A DNA stretch of 64,000 bases from an uncultured Planctomycetia bacterium (lineage in GTDB: Bacteria; Omnitrophota; Gorgyraeia; 2-02-FULL-51-18), in NCBI GenBank assembly GCA_964642015.1, contig CAZXLF010000002.1:287678-351677 (forward strand). The letters run 5' to 3'. Numbering within the stretch: the first letter of the stretch is position 1; each line of letters begins with the position of its first letter. The position numbers were made by a program, and so were the translations under genes. Under the pieces are notes generated by a model. That model did not search any database, was not told where the DNA came from, and saw nothing but the letters and a program-made list of their open reading frames with translations. This document shows, in pieces, positions 54,860 through 63,552 of this stretch.

Positions 54860-56998
54860 ATGACAATATTTATTTATTCATTACCTCAGCTATTAGGCTC
54901 TTTCATTGCCGCTATCCTTGGTTTGTTTGTGCTATCCAGAAATTGGAAGCGTCCTCTCAATCGCACATTTTCAAGTTTCGGGTTTCTTGCATCGCTATGG
55001 CTCGGGTCCGCTTCGATAGCTTATTCACTTGGATCTGAGCAAAAGATGATAATATTTAAGTTGATGCAAGTTAGCTACTCTGCGGTTATATGCATGGTCA
55101 TCCCTTATCTGAGACTAACTACTCTTATTACGCAGTCTAAGAGCCTCCAGCGGTGGGCAAATCTCTCAACTTTCATTGCCATCTTTTTTGTAGCCACAGT
55201 ATGGTTAACAAATTGGTTTATCAAAGACCTATATTATTTTCACTTTGGTTTGTATCCCAATGTTGGCTGGATTCATCCATTTTTTCTAGCATGGCTCTTC
55301 GTGTCAATGACACTTATTCATCTGATTTTGTTCCAGGGATCCAGGGACGAGAAACGCGATAGCAGAGATAGAAACCAAGCTAAATATATATGGTTGGCTT
55401 TTATTGCTGTTACGCCTGTGATAGTAGATTTTATCCCTAATTATGGAATCGACACATATCCAGCTGGTTACCTATTCGTTCTAGTGTTTGGGGCAGTAAG
55501 TGCTTACGCGATTGTTCGCCATCAATTGATGGATATTGAAGTAGTTATAAAACGAACAGCCGTATTTGCCGGCCTCTTTGCATTTGTTTATGGAACATTT
55601 ACCGTTGTGACAATATTAGGCCAGGAATTTTTCAAGAGCACTTTAGGTTGGAACCAATGGATTGCAACGATCCCAACCGTTTTAATTATTACATTTTCGT
55701 TAAGGCCGCTTGAGACCTTTCTTACAAATTTTACGGAAAGATGGCTATTCCAAAAAAAATACGATTATCGAGAGCTGCTTAGAACCTTTACGAACGAAAT
55801 CCTCACGGTTTTAGATCTAAGCAAATTAACAGAACAGACGGTCGCCGGTCTTATCAAGATCATCAAATTAGAATCCGCGGCGGTGCTTTTGCTCGATAAA
55901 GATATTAAAACGTACAAAATGGTCGCCGGGAGCGGCGTTAAAGAAAAAGAGATCGTTTTTAAGGAAAATGATTTGATCGTCTCTTACCTTAAACAGACCA
56001 ACCAACATATTTTAAAAGACAAGAGTGTCGACAAAATGGAAGGCGATGGGGAGCTTAAGGATGCCTTTAAAAAACTAAATGCCCGGATCTGTCTGCCTAT
56101 CGAGCTTCACGATAATCTGATAGGCATCCTGTCGTTAGGCATGAAGAAATCAGGCGAAGATTTCACTCAGGAAGATATCGATATCCTTAATACGCTGGTC
56201 CGCACGGAAGCGATCGCTATTTCAAACGCCCAGCTTTTCGATGAGCTGTCCAAAACGCAGGCCGAGGCGGCTCAGCGTGAAAAGATGGCGGTTATCGGGA
56301 CTCTGGCGGCAGGGATCAATCACGAGATCTGCAATCCGCTTGGGATCGTACGAGGACAGTGCGAGATGTTTCTTTTAAACCAGCGAGATGGATTTTATGA
56401 CGGAAAATCTACCGAGGACATTTTGAAAATATCCAGTGATATCATGAATAAAGTCATAAAAGAAACTGATAGGGCGACCGGCATCACAAAGAAATTATCG
56501 AGTTTTGCGAAGCCGTCAAAGCGTTCCGATCTCGAAGAAGTGCAGGTTGAAAAAGAGGTGGATGAGGTGGTCGGGCTTATTGGACATGACCTGAAGCTGA
56601 ATAACATCGACATCCAAAAAGATTTTCCCAATAATTTTCCGATCATACTGGCTGATAAGAAACAGATCCAGGAAGTGCTTTTCAATATTATCCGCAACGC
56701 TGCTCAGGCCATGGATAAAAAAAGCGGTAAGATAGTCGTGTCAGGTTTTGCGGATAACGGAAACGCCGTGGTACGCATCGCGGACAACGGCAGCGGGATC
56801 CCGAAAGACAAGATAGGGCAGATATTCAACCCATTTTATACGACCAAAGCTCCGGGTAAGGGCACAGGATTGGGTCTTTTTATCGTCAAACAGGTTGTCG
56901 AGAAGAACAGAGGGACAATATCTCTAGATAGCGAGGTAGGTGTCGGTACGACGTTTACGCTGAGATTTCCTGCAGCGGTATCACTTGTCGCGGCATAA
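54860..56998 (+). CDS. Sensor histidine kinase: 7TM sensor + GAF + HisKA/HATPase
   Basis: Multi-TM N-terminus ending YAIVRHQLMDI; GAF; H-box AAGINHEICNPL; NAAQA, DNGSGI, GTGLGL. Confidence 0.93.
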   Translation: MTIFIYSLPQLLGSFIAAILGLFVLSRNWKRPLNRTFSSFGFLASLWLGSASIAYSLGSEQKMIIFKLMQVSYSAVICMVIPYLRLTTLITQSKSLQRWANLSTFIAIFFVATVWLTNWFIKDLYYFHFGLYPNVGWIHPFFLAWLFVSMTLIHLILFQGSRDEKRDSRDRNQAKYIWLAFIAVTPVIVDFIPNYGIDTYPAGYLFVLVFGAVSAYAIVRHQLMDIEVVIKRTAVFAGLFAFVYGTFTVVTILGQEFFKSTLGWNQWIATIPTVLIITFSLRPLETFLTNFTERWLFQKKYDYRELLRTFTNEILTVLDLSKLTEQTVAGLIKIIKLESAAVLLLDKDIKTYKMVAGSGVKEKEIVFKENDLIVSYLKQTNQHILKDKSVDKMEGDGELKDAFKKLNARICLPIELHDNLIGILSLGMKKSGEDFTQEDIDILNTLVRTEAIAISNAQLFDELSKTQAEAAQREKMAVIGTLAAGINHEICNPLGIVRGQCEMFLLNQRDGFYDGKSTEDILKISSDIMNKVIKETDRATGITKKLSSFAKPSKRSDLEEVQVEKEVDEVVGLIGHDLKLNNIDIQKDFPNNFPIILADKKQIQEVLFNIIRNAAQAMDKKSGKIVVSGFADNGNAVVRIADNGSGIPKDKIGQIFNPFYTTKAPGKGTGLGLFIVKQVVEKNRGTISLDSEVGVGTTFTLRFPAAVSLVAA

Positions 56999-57006
56999 TC
57001 ATTTTT

Positions 57007-57372
57007 ATGACCAAGATACTGACCATTGATGACGAAACCGAATTCACGAGTTTGATCCAGAGCTATTTTGGAGCAAGAGGCTATGAGGTGCTGATCGCCA
57101 ACGACGGCAACGCCGGCGTGACGCTTGCGAAAGCAGAAAATCCCGACGTTTGCCTTATCGACCTTAAAATGCCGGGTCTTCATGGGGATGAAGTGCTTCG
57201 GGAGGTGCTTCTTCATAAACCTAATACCAAATGCATCATGATCACGGCCTCAGAAGGCGAGGGAAAGACTAGAGAGAAGCTGATCTCGATGGGCGCGTAT
57301 ACTTGCTTTGACAAACCGATCACGTCTTTGAGAAATTTGGAATCAAAGATCAAAGAGGCATTGGATTCATGA
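57007..57372 (+). CDS. Single-domain response regulator
   Basis: IDDE, DLKMPG, ITA, KP. Confidence 0.92.
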   Translation: MTKILTIDDETEFTSLIQSYFGARGYEVLIANDGNAGVTLAKAENPDVCLIDLKMPGLHGDEVLREVLLHKPNTKCIMITASEGEGKTREKLISMGAYTCFDKPITSLRNLESKIKEALDS

Positions 57373-57758
57373 CAAAAAAACACAAACTCATGGTCGTTGA
57401 CGACGAACGCGATATCTGTAATTTTGTGAAGTCATTTTTTGAAATGAGAGGCTTTCAAGTCAGCATGGCTTTGAATGGTGATGATGCCATGTCAATCCTT
57501 ACGAAAGAAAAGCCGGATATCGTGATCCTCGATGTCATGATGCGCCGCAGCCGTGAAGGATTGGAATATCTTCCTCAGATCAAAAAGGCGCTGCCTGCCT
57601 CGAAGGTTTTGATGGTGACAGGCGTCGAGGACGCGGAGACCATTGAGACGGCAAAAAAACTCGGTGCGGACGACTATATTACGAAGCCGCTGGTATTGGA
57701 GTATCTCGAAAATACGGTGATGAAGAAGATCGGAGCATTAACTAAAGTAGGGCAATGA
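57369..57758 (+). CDS. Single-domain response regulator
   Basis: VDDE, LDVMM, VTG, YITKP. Confidence 0.92.
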   Translation: MTKKHKLMVVDDERDICNFVKSFFEMRGFQVSMALNGDDAMSILTKEKPDIVILDVMMRRSREGLEYLPQIKKALPASKVLMVTGVEDAETIETAKKLGADDYITKPLVLEYLENTVMKKIGALTKVGQ

Positions 57759-58235
57759 CAAATGTCAAAATCCGAATGACAAAACAAATTCAAATATTCA
57801 AAAGACAAGACAGGAATGAATAAAAGATATGATCTGGAAGATCGGACATTAAAATTTTCGAAAGAATGTATTGATTTAAGTAAGCTACTCGTTCGCGATT
57901 TGATTAACATCGAGCTTGTTAGCCAATTTATTAGAGCTGCAGGTTCAATCGGAGCAAATTATAGAGAAGCTAATGATTCGATCTCAAAGAAGGATTTTTA
58001 TTATCGAATCGGAATTTGCAGACGTGAAGCCAAGGAAACCAAATATTGGATCGATTTATTGCTTCATGCCAATCCAAAGCACTCTGAAAAAATAGAGCCT
58101 CTTTTGGATGAAGCGTTGCAATTATCTCGAATATTTGCAGCAATTTCTCATCAGAATGGAAAACCAAATGATTAATTTTAATGTTGGGATCTTGCACGTG
58201 TTTTGTCATTTGTGCTTTGGTATTTGAGTTTCGGT
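57754..58235. repeat. Inverted 7-nt-periodic repeat flanks around a four-helix-bundle gene
   Basis: Left AATGACA AATGTCA AAATCCG AATGACA; right TTTGTCA TTTGTGC TTTGGTA TTTGAGT; AATGACAAAACA (57775-57786) is the reverse complement of 58199-58210. Confidence 0.7.
57816..58175 (+). CDS. Four-helix-bundle protein (23S rRNA IVP/TIGR02436-like)
   Basis: DLEDRT..F, QFIRAAGSIGANYREA, ICRREAKETKYW. Confidence 0.9.
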   Translation: MNKRYDLEDRTLKFSKECIDLSKLLVRDLINIELVSQFIRAAGSIGANYREANDSISKKDFYYRIGICRREAKETKYWIDLLLHANPKHSEKIEPLLDEALQLSRIFAAISHQNGKPND

Positions 58236-58249
58236 AAATCGGAGTTTTG

Positions 58250-59473
58250 ATGTATACCCGTTTAGATTACCAAGAAGCGCTGATGAATGCCTCCAAAGGC
58301 ATGATCCGCGTCAAAGATCCGGTGACGCTTTTAAGGATCATCACACGCTTCATCGACCGCCAGATGGGCGTGACGCACGTCGCGATCATGCTTTATGATA
58401 AGGCCCGCGACGCGTATGTGCTGATCGACTCGAAGGGCGAAGGCGGTGTCAAGATCCCTGTCGGCTATGTGAAAGTACCGGTTGATAATCCGATCGTCAG
58501 GTTTTTTCAGGCCTCGAACAACGGCGCATTTGCTCCCAAGGAAGCGCTGGTCTACAACGAGATCGACCATCTGCAGAATTTTGAGATCCTCGTAAATAAA
58601 AAAGAATCCCGTGCGATCCATTACGAGGATATCCGGAAACAAATGACGTATCTCAGGGCGGCGGTCTGTGTGCCGAGTTTTTACAAAAAGGAATTGATCG
58701 GTGTATTGGTCCTCGGTGATAAATTGTCCGGCGAGAAATATCAGGAAGAAGAGATCAGTCTTTTTGTGACGCTCGCCAATGACGTCGCGATGGCCGTGAA
58801 GAACGCCGAACTGATCAAAGATTTAAAGAGCGCCTATGAAAAAGAACATTTTCTTTTTATTCAGACTTCAGTGGCTCTGGCGACCGCGATCGATGCACGC
58901 GATCGCTATACACACGGGCACTCCGAGCGCGTATCGCATTACAGCTTGGTGATCGCCAAACAATTGATAGACAGCGGCCGGATTGAATTTGAACGTGAAT
59001 TCATGGAGACCGTACAGCTTTCAGCGCTTTTGCATGATGTGGGCAAGATCGGTATTCGCGATCAGATCCTGAATAAGCCCGATAAACTGACCGCTGAAGA
59101 ATATGAAACCATGAAAACGCATGTGATGATCGGCGCGTCGATCGTGAAGCCTGTCAAGGGATTGACACATTTAATGGATGGGATCATGTACCATCATGAA
59201 AGATTTGACGGGAAAGGTTATCCTCAAGGCCTGAAAGGGAAAGATATCCCTATCATTGGCCGCATCGTGCATGTCGCCGATGCATATGACACGATCATGA
59301 CGGCGCGATCTTACAAAGAAGCTTCGTCATCAGAACCCGCATTCAAGGAACTGATGCGCTGTAAGGGTACTCAATTTGATCCCGATATGGTGGATGCTTT
59401 TTATGAGGCTTATAAATTGGGACGTCTCACCAAGCGCGACTACACTAGTTTTGATTTTTCAAAGTTACACTAA
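58250..59473 (+). CDS. GAF + HD-GYP domain cyclic-dinucleotide phosphodiesterase
   Basis: YTHGHSERV, LHDVGKIG, HHERFDGKGYPQGL, VADAYD, GTQFDP. Confidence 0.92.
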   Translation: MYTRLDYQEALMNASKGMIRVKDPVTLLRIITRFIDRQMGVTHVAIMLYDKARDAYVLIDSKGEGGVKIPVGYVKVPVDNPIVRFFQASNNGAFAPKEALVYNEIDHLQNFEILVNKKESRAIHYEDIRKQMTYLRAAVCVPSFYKKELIGVLVLGDKLSGEKYQEEEISLFVTLANDVAMAVKNAELIKDLKSAYEKEHFLFIQTSVALATAIDARDRYTHGHSERVSHYSLVIAKQLIDSGRIEFEREFMETVQLSALLHDVGKIGIRDQILNKPDKLTAEEYETMKTHVMIGASIVKPVKGLTHLMDGIMYHHERFDGKGYPQGLKGKDIPIIGRIVHVADAYDTIMTARSYKEASSSEPAFKELMRCKGTQFDPDMVDAFYEAYKLGRLTKRDYTSFDFSKLH

Positions 59474-59483
59474 CGATCCTAAT

Positions 59484-59856
59484 GTCATTCTGAGCGAGCT
59501 TTAGCGAGCCAAGAATCTCATCACCAGATTGATGTCAATGCATGTACGCGGCGGCTATGTTTATATAGTTACAAATAGCTTCAATAGCGTGATTTATACT
59601 GGAGTTACCAGCGATCTGAAAAAGAGGGCATTTCAGCATCGACAAAAAGAAATAGAAGGTTTTAGTAAGAGATACAATCTTACAAAATTAGTTTATTATG
59701 AAGTAGCTGATAGGATTGAAAGCGCGATCTTAAGAGAGAAACAGATAAAGGGATTACTTAGAAAGAAAAAGATCGATTTAATTGAAGGCATGAATCCTTC
59801 ATGGAGAGATTTATTTCATGATCTATGATGAGATTCTTCGCTTCGCTCAGAATGAC
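59484..59856. mobile_element. Putative mini-element: GIY-YIG gene between terminal inverted repeats
   Basis: GTCATTCTGAGCGA...AAGAATCTCATCA (59484-59523) vs TGATGAGATTCTT...TCGCTCAGAATGAC (59826-59856). Confidence 0.65.
59529..59828 (+). CDS. Stand-alone GIY-YIG nuclease family protein
   Basis: YVYIVTN...IYTGVTSDLKKR..QH, LVYYE, AILREKQIK, NPSWRDL. Confidence 0.92.
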   Translation: MMSMHVRGGYVYIVTNSFNSVIYTGVTSDLKKRAFQHRQKEIEGFSKRYNLTKLVYYEVADRIESAILREKQIKGLLRKKKIDLIEGMNPSWRDLFHDL

Positions 59857-59885
59857 GGATGGCGTGAATTTCGTTTCACTCAGTG

Positions 59886-61511
59886 TTAGGATGACAGTGG
59901 AGCTGGTAAAGTTACCGTGATACTCGTCCCTTTTAAATTTTCACTCCCTACCTCGATCTTCCCGCCATGCTTTGTAATGATCCCGTGAACGATAGAAAGT
60001 CCTAGGCCTGTCCCGTCTTCCTTAGTGGAGAAGAAAGGATCAAAGATATGCTCTAGTTGGTCTTTGGGGATGCCTGAACCGGTGTCGGAGATAGTTATCA
60101 GCAGACAGGAGTCAGTAGACAGCAGACTCGTGCCAACACTCAACATCCCGCCATTGGGCATAGCTTGGATGCTATTGATGAAGATATTCAGGAAGGCCTG
60201 CTTCAGCTGGTTTTTGTCCACTGCGATGACAGGACGGATCTTGTAGTTTTTGGTAACTTCTATCTTGTTCTTCAAAAGATTACTATTTAGCAAATTCAAT
60301 GTATCATCCAATATATCTGTGATGGATTCGGGCTTAAGCTCAAGCTCTTTAGGTTTTGAAAACTCCAAAAGCTGCTTCACAATGTTATTTACTCGATCTA
60401 CTTCATCCACGACTATCCTTGAGAACTTCTCTCTAAAACCGGGATCATCATACTTTTGAGGCAGATACTCGGCAAAGGTCTTGATGGACGTGAGAGGATT
60501 CTTTATCTCATGAGCCATGCCTGCAGCTAAGGTAGCTACGGCTTTCATTTGATCAGCTTTTTGGACGAAGCCCTTTAATTTGATATTTTCTTCCATGATT
60601 TTTTCAGGGTCTATTTTGAAGAAATATTTATCCAAGACTTTTTGAATTTTTGATCTCAACGGATTAAAGACAATAGCAATGACCAAAGATGCGATGATGG
60701 CAATGAATATTGAGCGATAACCTATATATGATTGGAAAATATATTCGCTAATCAGAATTATTGAGAGATAAATAAAAGTTAAAATAAATATGAGCAAAGA
60801 ATAAACAAAACTTCTTCGGATGATAATATCAACGTCAAGTAGTTTGTGCCTGACGATTGCGTATGTGGTTATAGTGGCAAAACCTGTAACAAGGATATAG
60901 CCAAAAGGATAGATCTCTAGACCGAATTTTGGTAAGTAATCGGCAGCTCCAATAATAAAAATACATAGAGATATCGCGTAATATTTAAAGCGCTGGTAAT
61001 CATCCACATTCAAATCTTTATAAGCTATCTTGGCGGTGCCATAGAAAACAACGATGCATCTAACCGCAATGAAAAATGTCCAAAATGCATAAATGATCAT
61101 CAATGGACCGCCTATTGGATAATAACCCCAATAGTGTTTAATAAGTCGAGGCAGATAAGAGGGTAGTGTCCAAACTAAAATAGAGGAAGTCATAGCATAT
61201 ACCAGCCCGAAACCAGCTAATATAACATCTATTTTTTTCTTATAAGATCCAACAATAGCTAACATAAAGAAATAAACGGCTGGTGAAACATAAATAGCGG
61301 ATGTATGGCCCACTTTTCCAAAGATCATCGCGTCGTAATAATTATTCATTGAATACATAACACCATAGGAAAATAACCACATAAAACTGAAAAATGTCAG
61401 GAGAAAGCAGGCTTGGTTTTTTTTAGATCTAGGATTTGAAATAAGAACAAATATACCCAGCGAAAGTGTATATATTGAAACAACAAAATTCGGGATAGAG
61501 TATGGGTTCAT
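59886..61511 (-). CDS. Sensor histidine kinase: 7TM sensor + HisKA/HATPase
   Basis: Multi-TM N-terminus ending YAIVRHKLLDV; AHEIKNPL; DTGSGI; GTGLGL. Confidence 0.93.
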   Translation of the reverse strand: MNPYSIPNFVVSIYTLSLGIFVLISNPRSKKNQACFLLTFFSFMWLFSYGVMYSMNNYYDAMIFGKVGHTSAIYVSPAVYFFMLAIVGSYKKKIDVILAGFGLVYAMTSSILVWTLPSYLPRLIKHYWGYYPIGGPLMIIYAFWTFFIAVRCIVVFYGTAKIAYKDLNVDDYQRFKYYAISLCIFIIGAADYLPKFGLEIYPFGYILVTGFATITTYAIVRHKLLDVDIIIRRSFVYSLLIFILTFIYLSIILISEYIFQSYIGYRSIFIAIIASLVIAIVFNPLRSKIQKVLDKYFFKIDPEKIMEENIKLKGFVQKADQMKAVATLAAGMAHEIKNPLTSIKTFAEYLPQKYDDPGFREKFSRIVVDEVDRVNNIVKQLLEFSKPKELELKPESITDILDDTLNLLNSNLLKNKIEVTKNYKIRPVIAVDKNQLKQAFLNIFINSIQAMPNGGMLSVGTSLLSTDSCLLITISDTGSGIPKDQLEHIFDPFFSTKEDGTGLGLSIVHGIITKHGGKIEVGSENLKGTSITVTLPAPLSS

Positions 61512-62179
61512 GTTTTAAGAAAAGATATTTTAAATATTGTGTGTTTATTTATTTCACTTCCTACCTCGATCTCTCCGCCATGCTTAGTAATGATCCCATG
61601 AACGATAGAAAGTCCTAGGCCTGTCCCGTCTTCCTTAGTGGAGAAGAAAGGATCAAAGATATGCTCTAGTTGGTCTTTGGGGATGCCTGAACCGGTGTCG
61701 GAGATAGTTATCAGCAGACAGGAGTCAGTAGACAGCAGACTCGTGCCAACACTCAACATCCCGCCATTGGGCATGGCCTGGATGCTGTTGATGAAGATAT
61801 TGAGGAACGCCTGCTTTAGCTGGTTCTTATCGACGGAAATAGTAGGGGTGTATTTGTAGTTCTTTACCACCTCTATTTTGTTCTTTAAGAGATTGCTGTT
61901 CAGTAGATTAAGCGTATCATCCAATATATCCGTAATGGATTCTGGCTTAAGCTCAAGCTCTTTAGGTTTTGAAAACTCCAAAAGCTGCTTTACAATGTTA
62001 TTTACTCGATCTACTTCATCCACGACAATCCTTGAGAACTTCTCTCTAAAACCGGGATCATCATACTTTTGAGGCAGATACTCGGCAAAGGTCTTGATGG
62101 ACGTGAGAGGATTCTTTATCTCATGAGCCATGCCTGCAGCTAAGGTAGCTACAGCTTTCATTTGATCGGCTTTTTGGAC
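59939..62179. repeat. Near-identical direct repeat of about 628 bp (59939-60566 and 61552-62179) encoding the kinase cores
   Basis: Constant offset of 1613 nt; long identical stretches, with one more divergent patch near 60200-60320. Confidence 0.9.
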
Positions 62180-63130
62180 AGTTTCCATAAGTTTCATGTT
62201 CTGTTCCGCCAATTCTACAGGAGAGGCTTTAAAAAAAATTTGGTTTAATGATTTCATCAAAAAATTGTGAAGAGGTATAAAAACGATAGAGATGATTAAA
62301 GTGACGAGATAAGTAAAAAATATTGATGAGTGTCCAAAATATATTTTCGAAAGAGCATTAGCTGCGAGAATTAAAAATATCAGGACGAATGATATCAAGC
62401 TGAAGATAGCGGAATATAAAAAACCTTTTTTAATGGCGAGGTTTATATCCATCAATCGATGTTTAATGATTGCATAAAAAGTAATCACCGAAAATAAGAT
62501 CATGAATATAAACCCAAGCGGGTAATAATCTACACCGTAAGTCGATAAGTAATCAGTAGATCCGCACAGGGCAATTGCAAATGTGAAAAACACATATTTA
62601 ATTTTATTAGCAAAATCCGTATTTTGTTCCTTATGCTTTTTATAAGCTTGATATAGCTCGATAAAAGAAGTTGTGAAGACGCCGAAGAAAAAAATTAAGT
62701 AAATGCCATGCAGCCAGTTGGCTCGACTGGAGTAGCCCCATGGATAATGAATATTTCCGCTTAATAACATTCTTGAAAACCATAGGAATAAAATAAATAT
62801 GAGCGATACGATATAAAAATATTTTAAAATTCTGTGGCGGCTTTTTAACTCTAAGAAATTAATGATGAAGCCATAATAAAAGACGGGAATCAGAACAACG
62901 CCTGTATATAAGATTTTGCTGAATATAAATGCGTCGGATTCGTAGGCCATCAAATTCATTAAAGAAAAACCCATTTGCCAAACCATGCAGGCCAGTGCAA
63001 AGAGAGCAAAGTATTTGTTGGTCGATGAATATGGATTTTTATAAAAAGCGAATAGACCTAGAAATAATACGATGAGCGAACTAAAAAATGGTGGAGCAGC
63101 GTAAGGTATTAAAGAAGTTTCAATCCTCAT
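61508..63130 (-). CDS. Sensor histidine kinase: 7TM sensor + HisKA/HATPase (paralog)
   Basis: Multi-TM N-terminus ending YAIIKHRLMDI; AHEIKNPL; kinase core nearly identical to its neighbour. Confidence 0.93.
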   Translation of the reverse strand: MRIETSLIPYAAPPFFSSLIVLFLGLFAFYKNPYSSTNKYFALFALACMVWQMGFSLMNLMAYESDAFIFSKILYTGVVLIPVFYYGFIINFLELKSRHRILKYFYIVSLIFILFLWFSRMLLSGNIHYPWGYSSRANWLHGIYLIFFFGVFTTSFIELYQAYKKHKEQNTDFANKIKYVFFTFAIALCGSTDYLSTYGVDYYPLGFIFMILFSVITFYAIIKHRLMDINLAIKKGFLYSAIFSLISFVLIFLILAANALSKIYFGHSSIFFTYLVTLIISIVFIPLHNFLMKSLNQIFFKASPVELAEQNMKLMETVQKADQMKAVATLAAGMAHEIKNPLTSIKTFAEYLPQKYDDPGFREKFSRIVVDEVDRVNNIVKQLLEFSKPKELELKPESITDILDDTLNLLNSNLLKNKIEVVKNYKYTPTISVDKNQLKQAFLNIFINSIQAMPNGGMLSVGTSLLSTDSCLLITISDTGSGIPKDQLEHIFDPFFSTKEDGTGLGLSIVHGIITKHGGEIEVGSEINKHTIFKISFLKT

Positions 63131-63161
63131 TTATTGAGGCAGGGAAGAACAAGCATTTAAA

Positions 63162-63530
63162 CTATAAAACCTGCGCGACGGCTTTCAAAATTTGCTTCGA
63201 CTCGAATGGCTTTGGAATGTAATCCGCCGCGCCGTTTTTGATCGCTTCCTGCGCGGTCTCGACACTCTGGTAGCCGGTCACGATAATGACGGGAAGTTTT
63301 GGTTTCAGCTTTTTGATCTGTTTTAAGACCTCAAGGCCGTTGATCTTTGGCATCTTAATATCTAAAAGCATCGCGTCCGGTGTGAAAGTTTTTAAAAGGT
63401 CGATGGCCTGAAGTCCATTGCTCACGAATTTGAGCTGATAGTTATCGGATAAAATTAGCTTGAAGGATTCACGGATGCCTTCTTCGTCGTCGCACACTAG
63501 TAATATAGGTTTTTTATTCGAAACGGTCAT
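63162..63530 (-). CDS. Single-domain response regulator
   Basis: CDDE, LDIKMP, VTG, YIPKP; AAGGAGG SD before ATG 63530. Confidence 0.92.
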   Translation of the reverse strand: MTVSNKKPILLVCDDEEGIRESFKLILSDNYQLKFVSNGLQAIDLLKTFTPDAMLLDIKMPKINGLEVLKQIKKLKPKLPVIIVTGYQSVETAQEAIKNGAADYIPKPFESKQILKAVAQVL

Positions 63531-63552
63531 GTGGGCCTCCTTATTTAAATTG

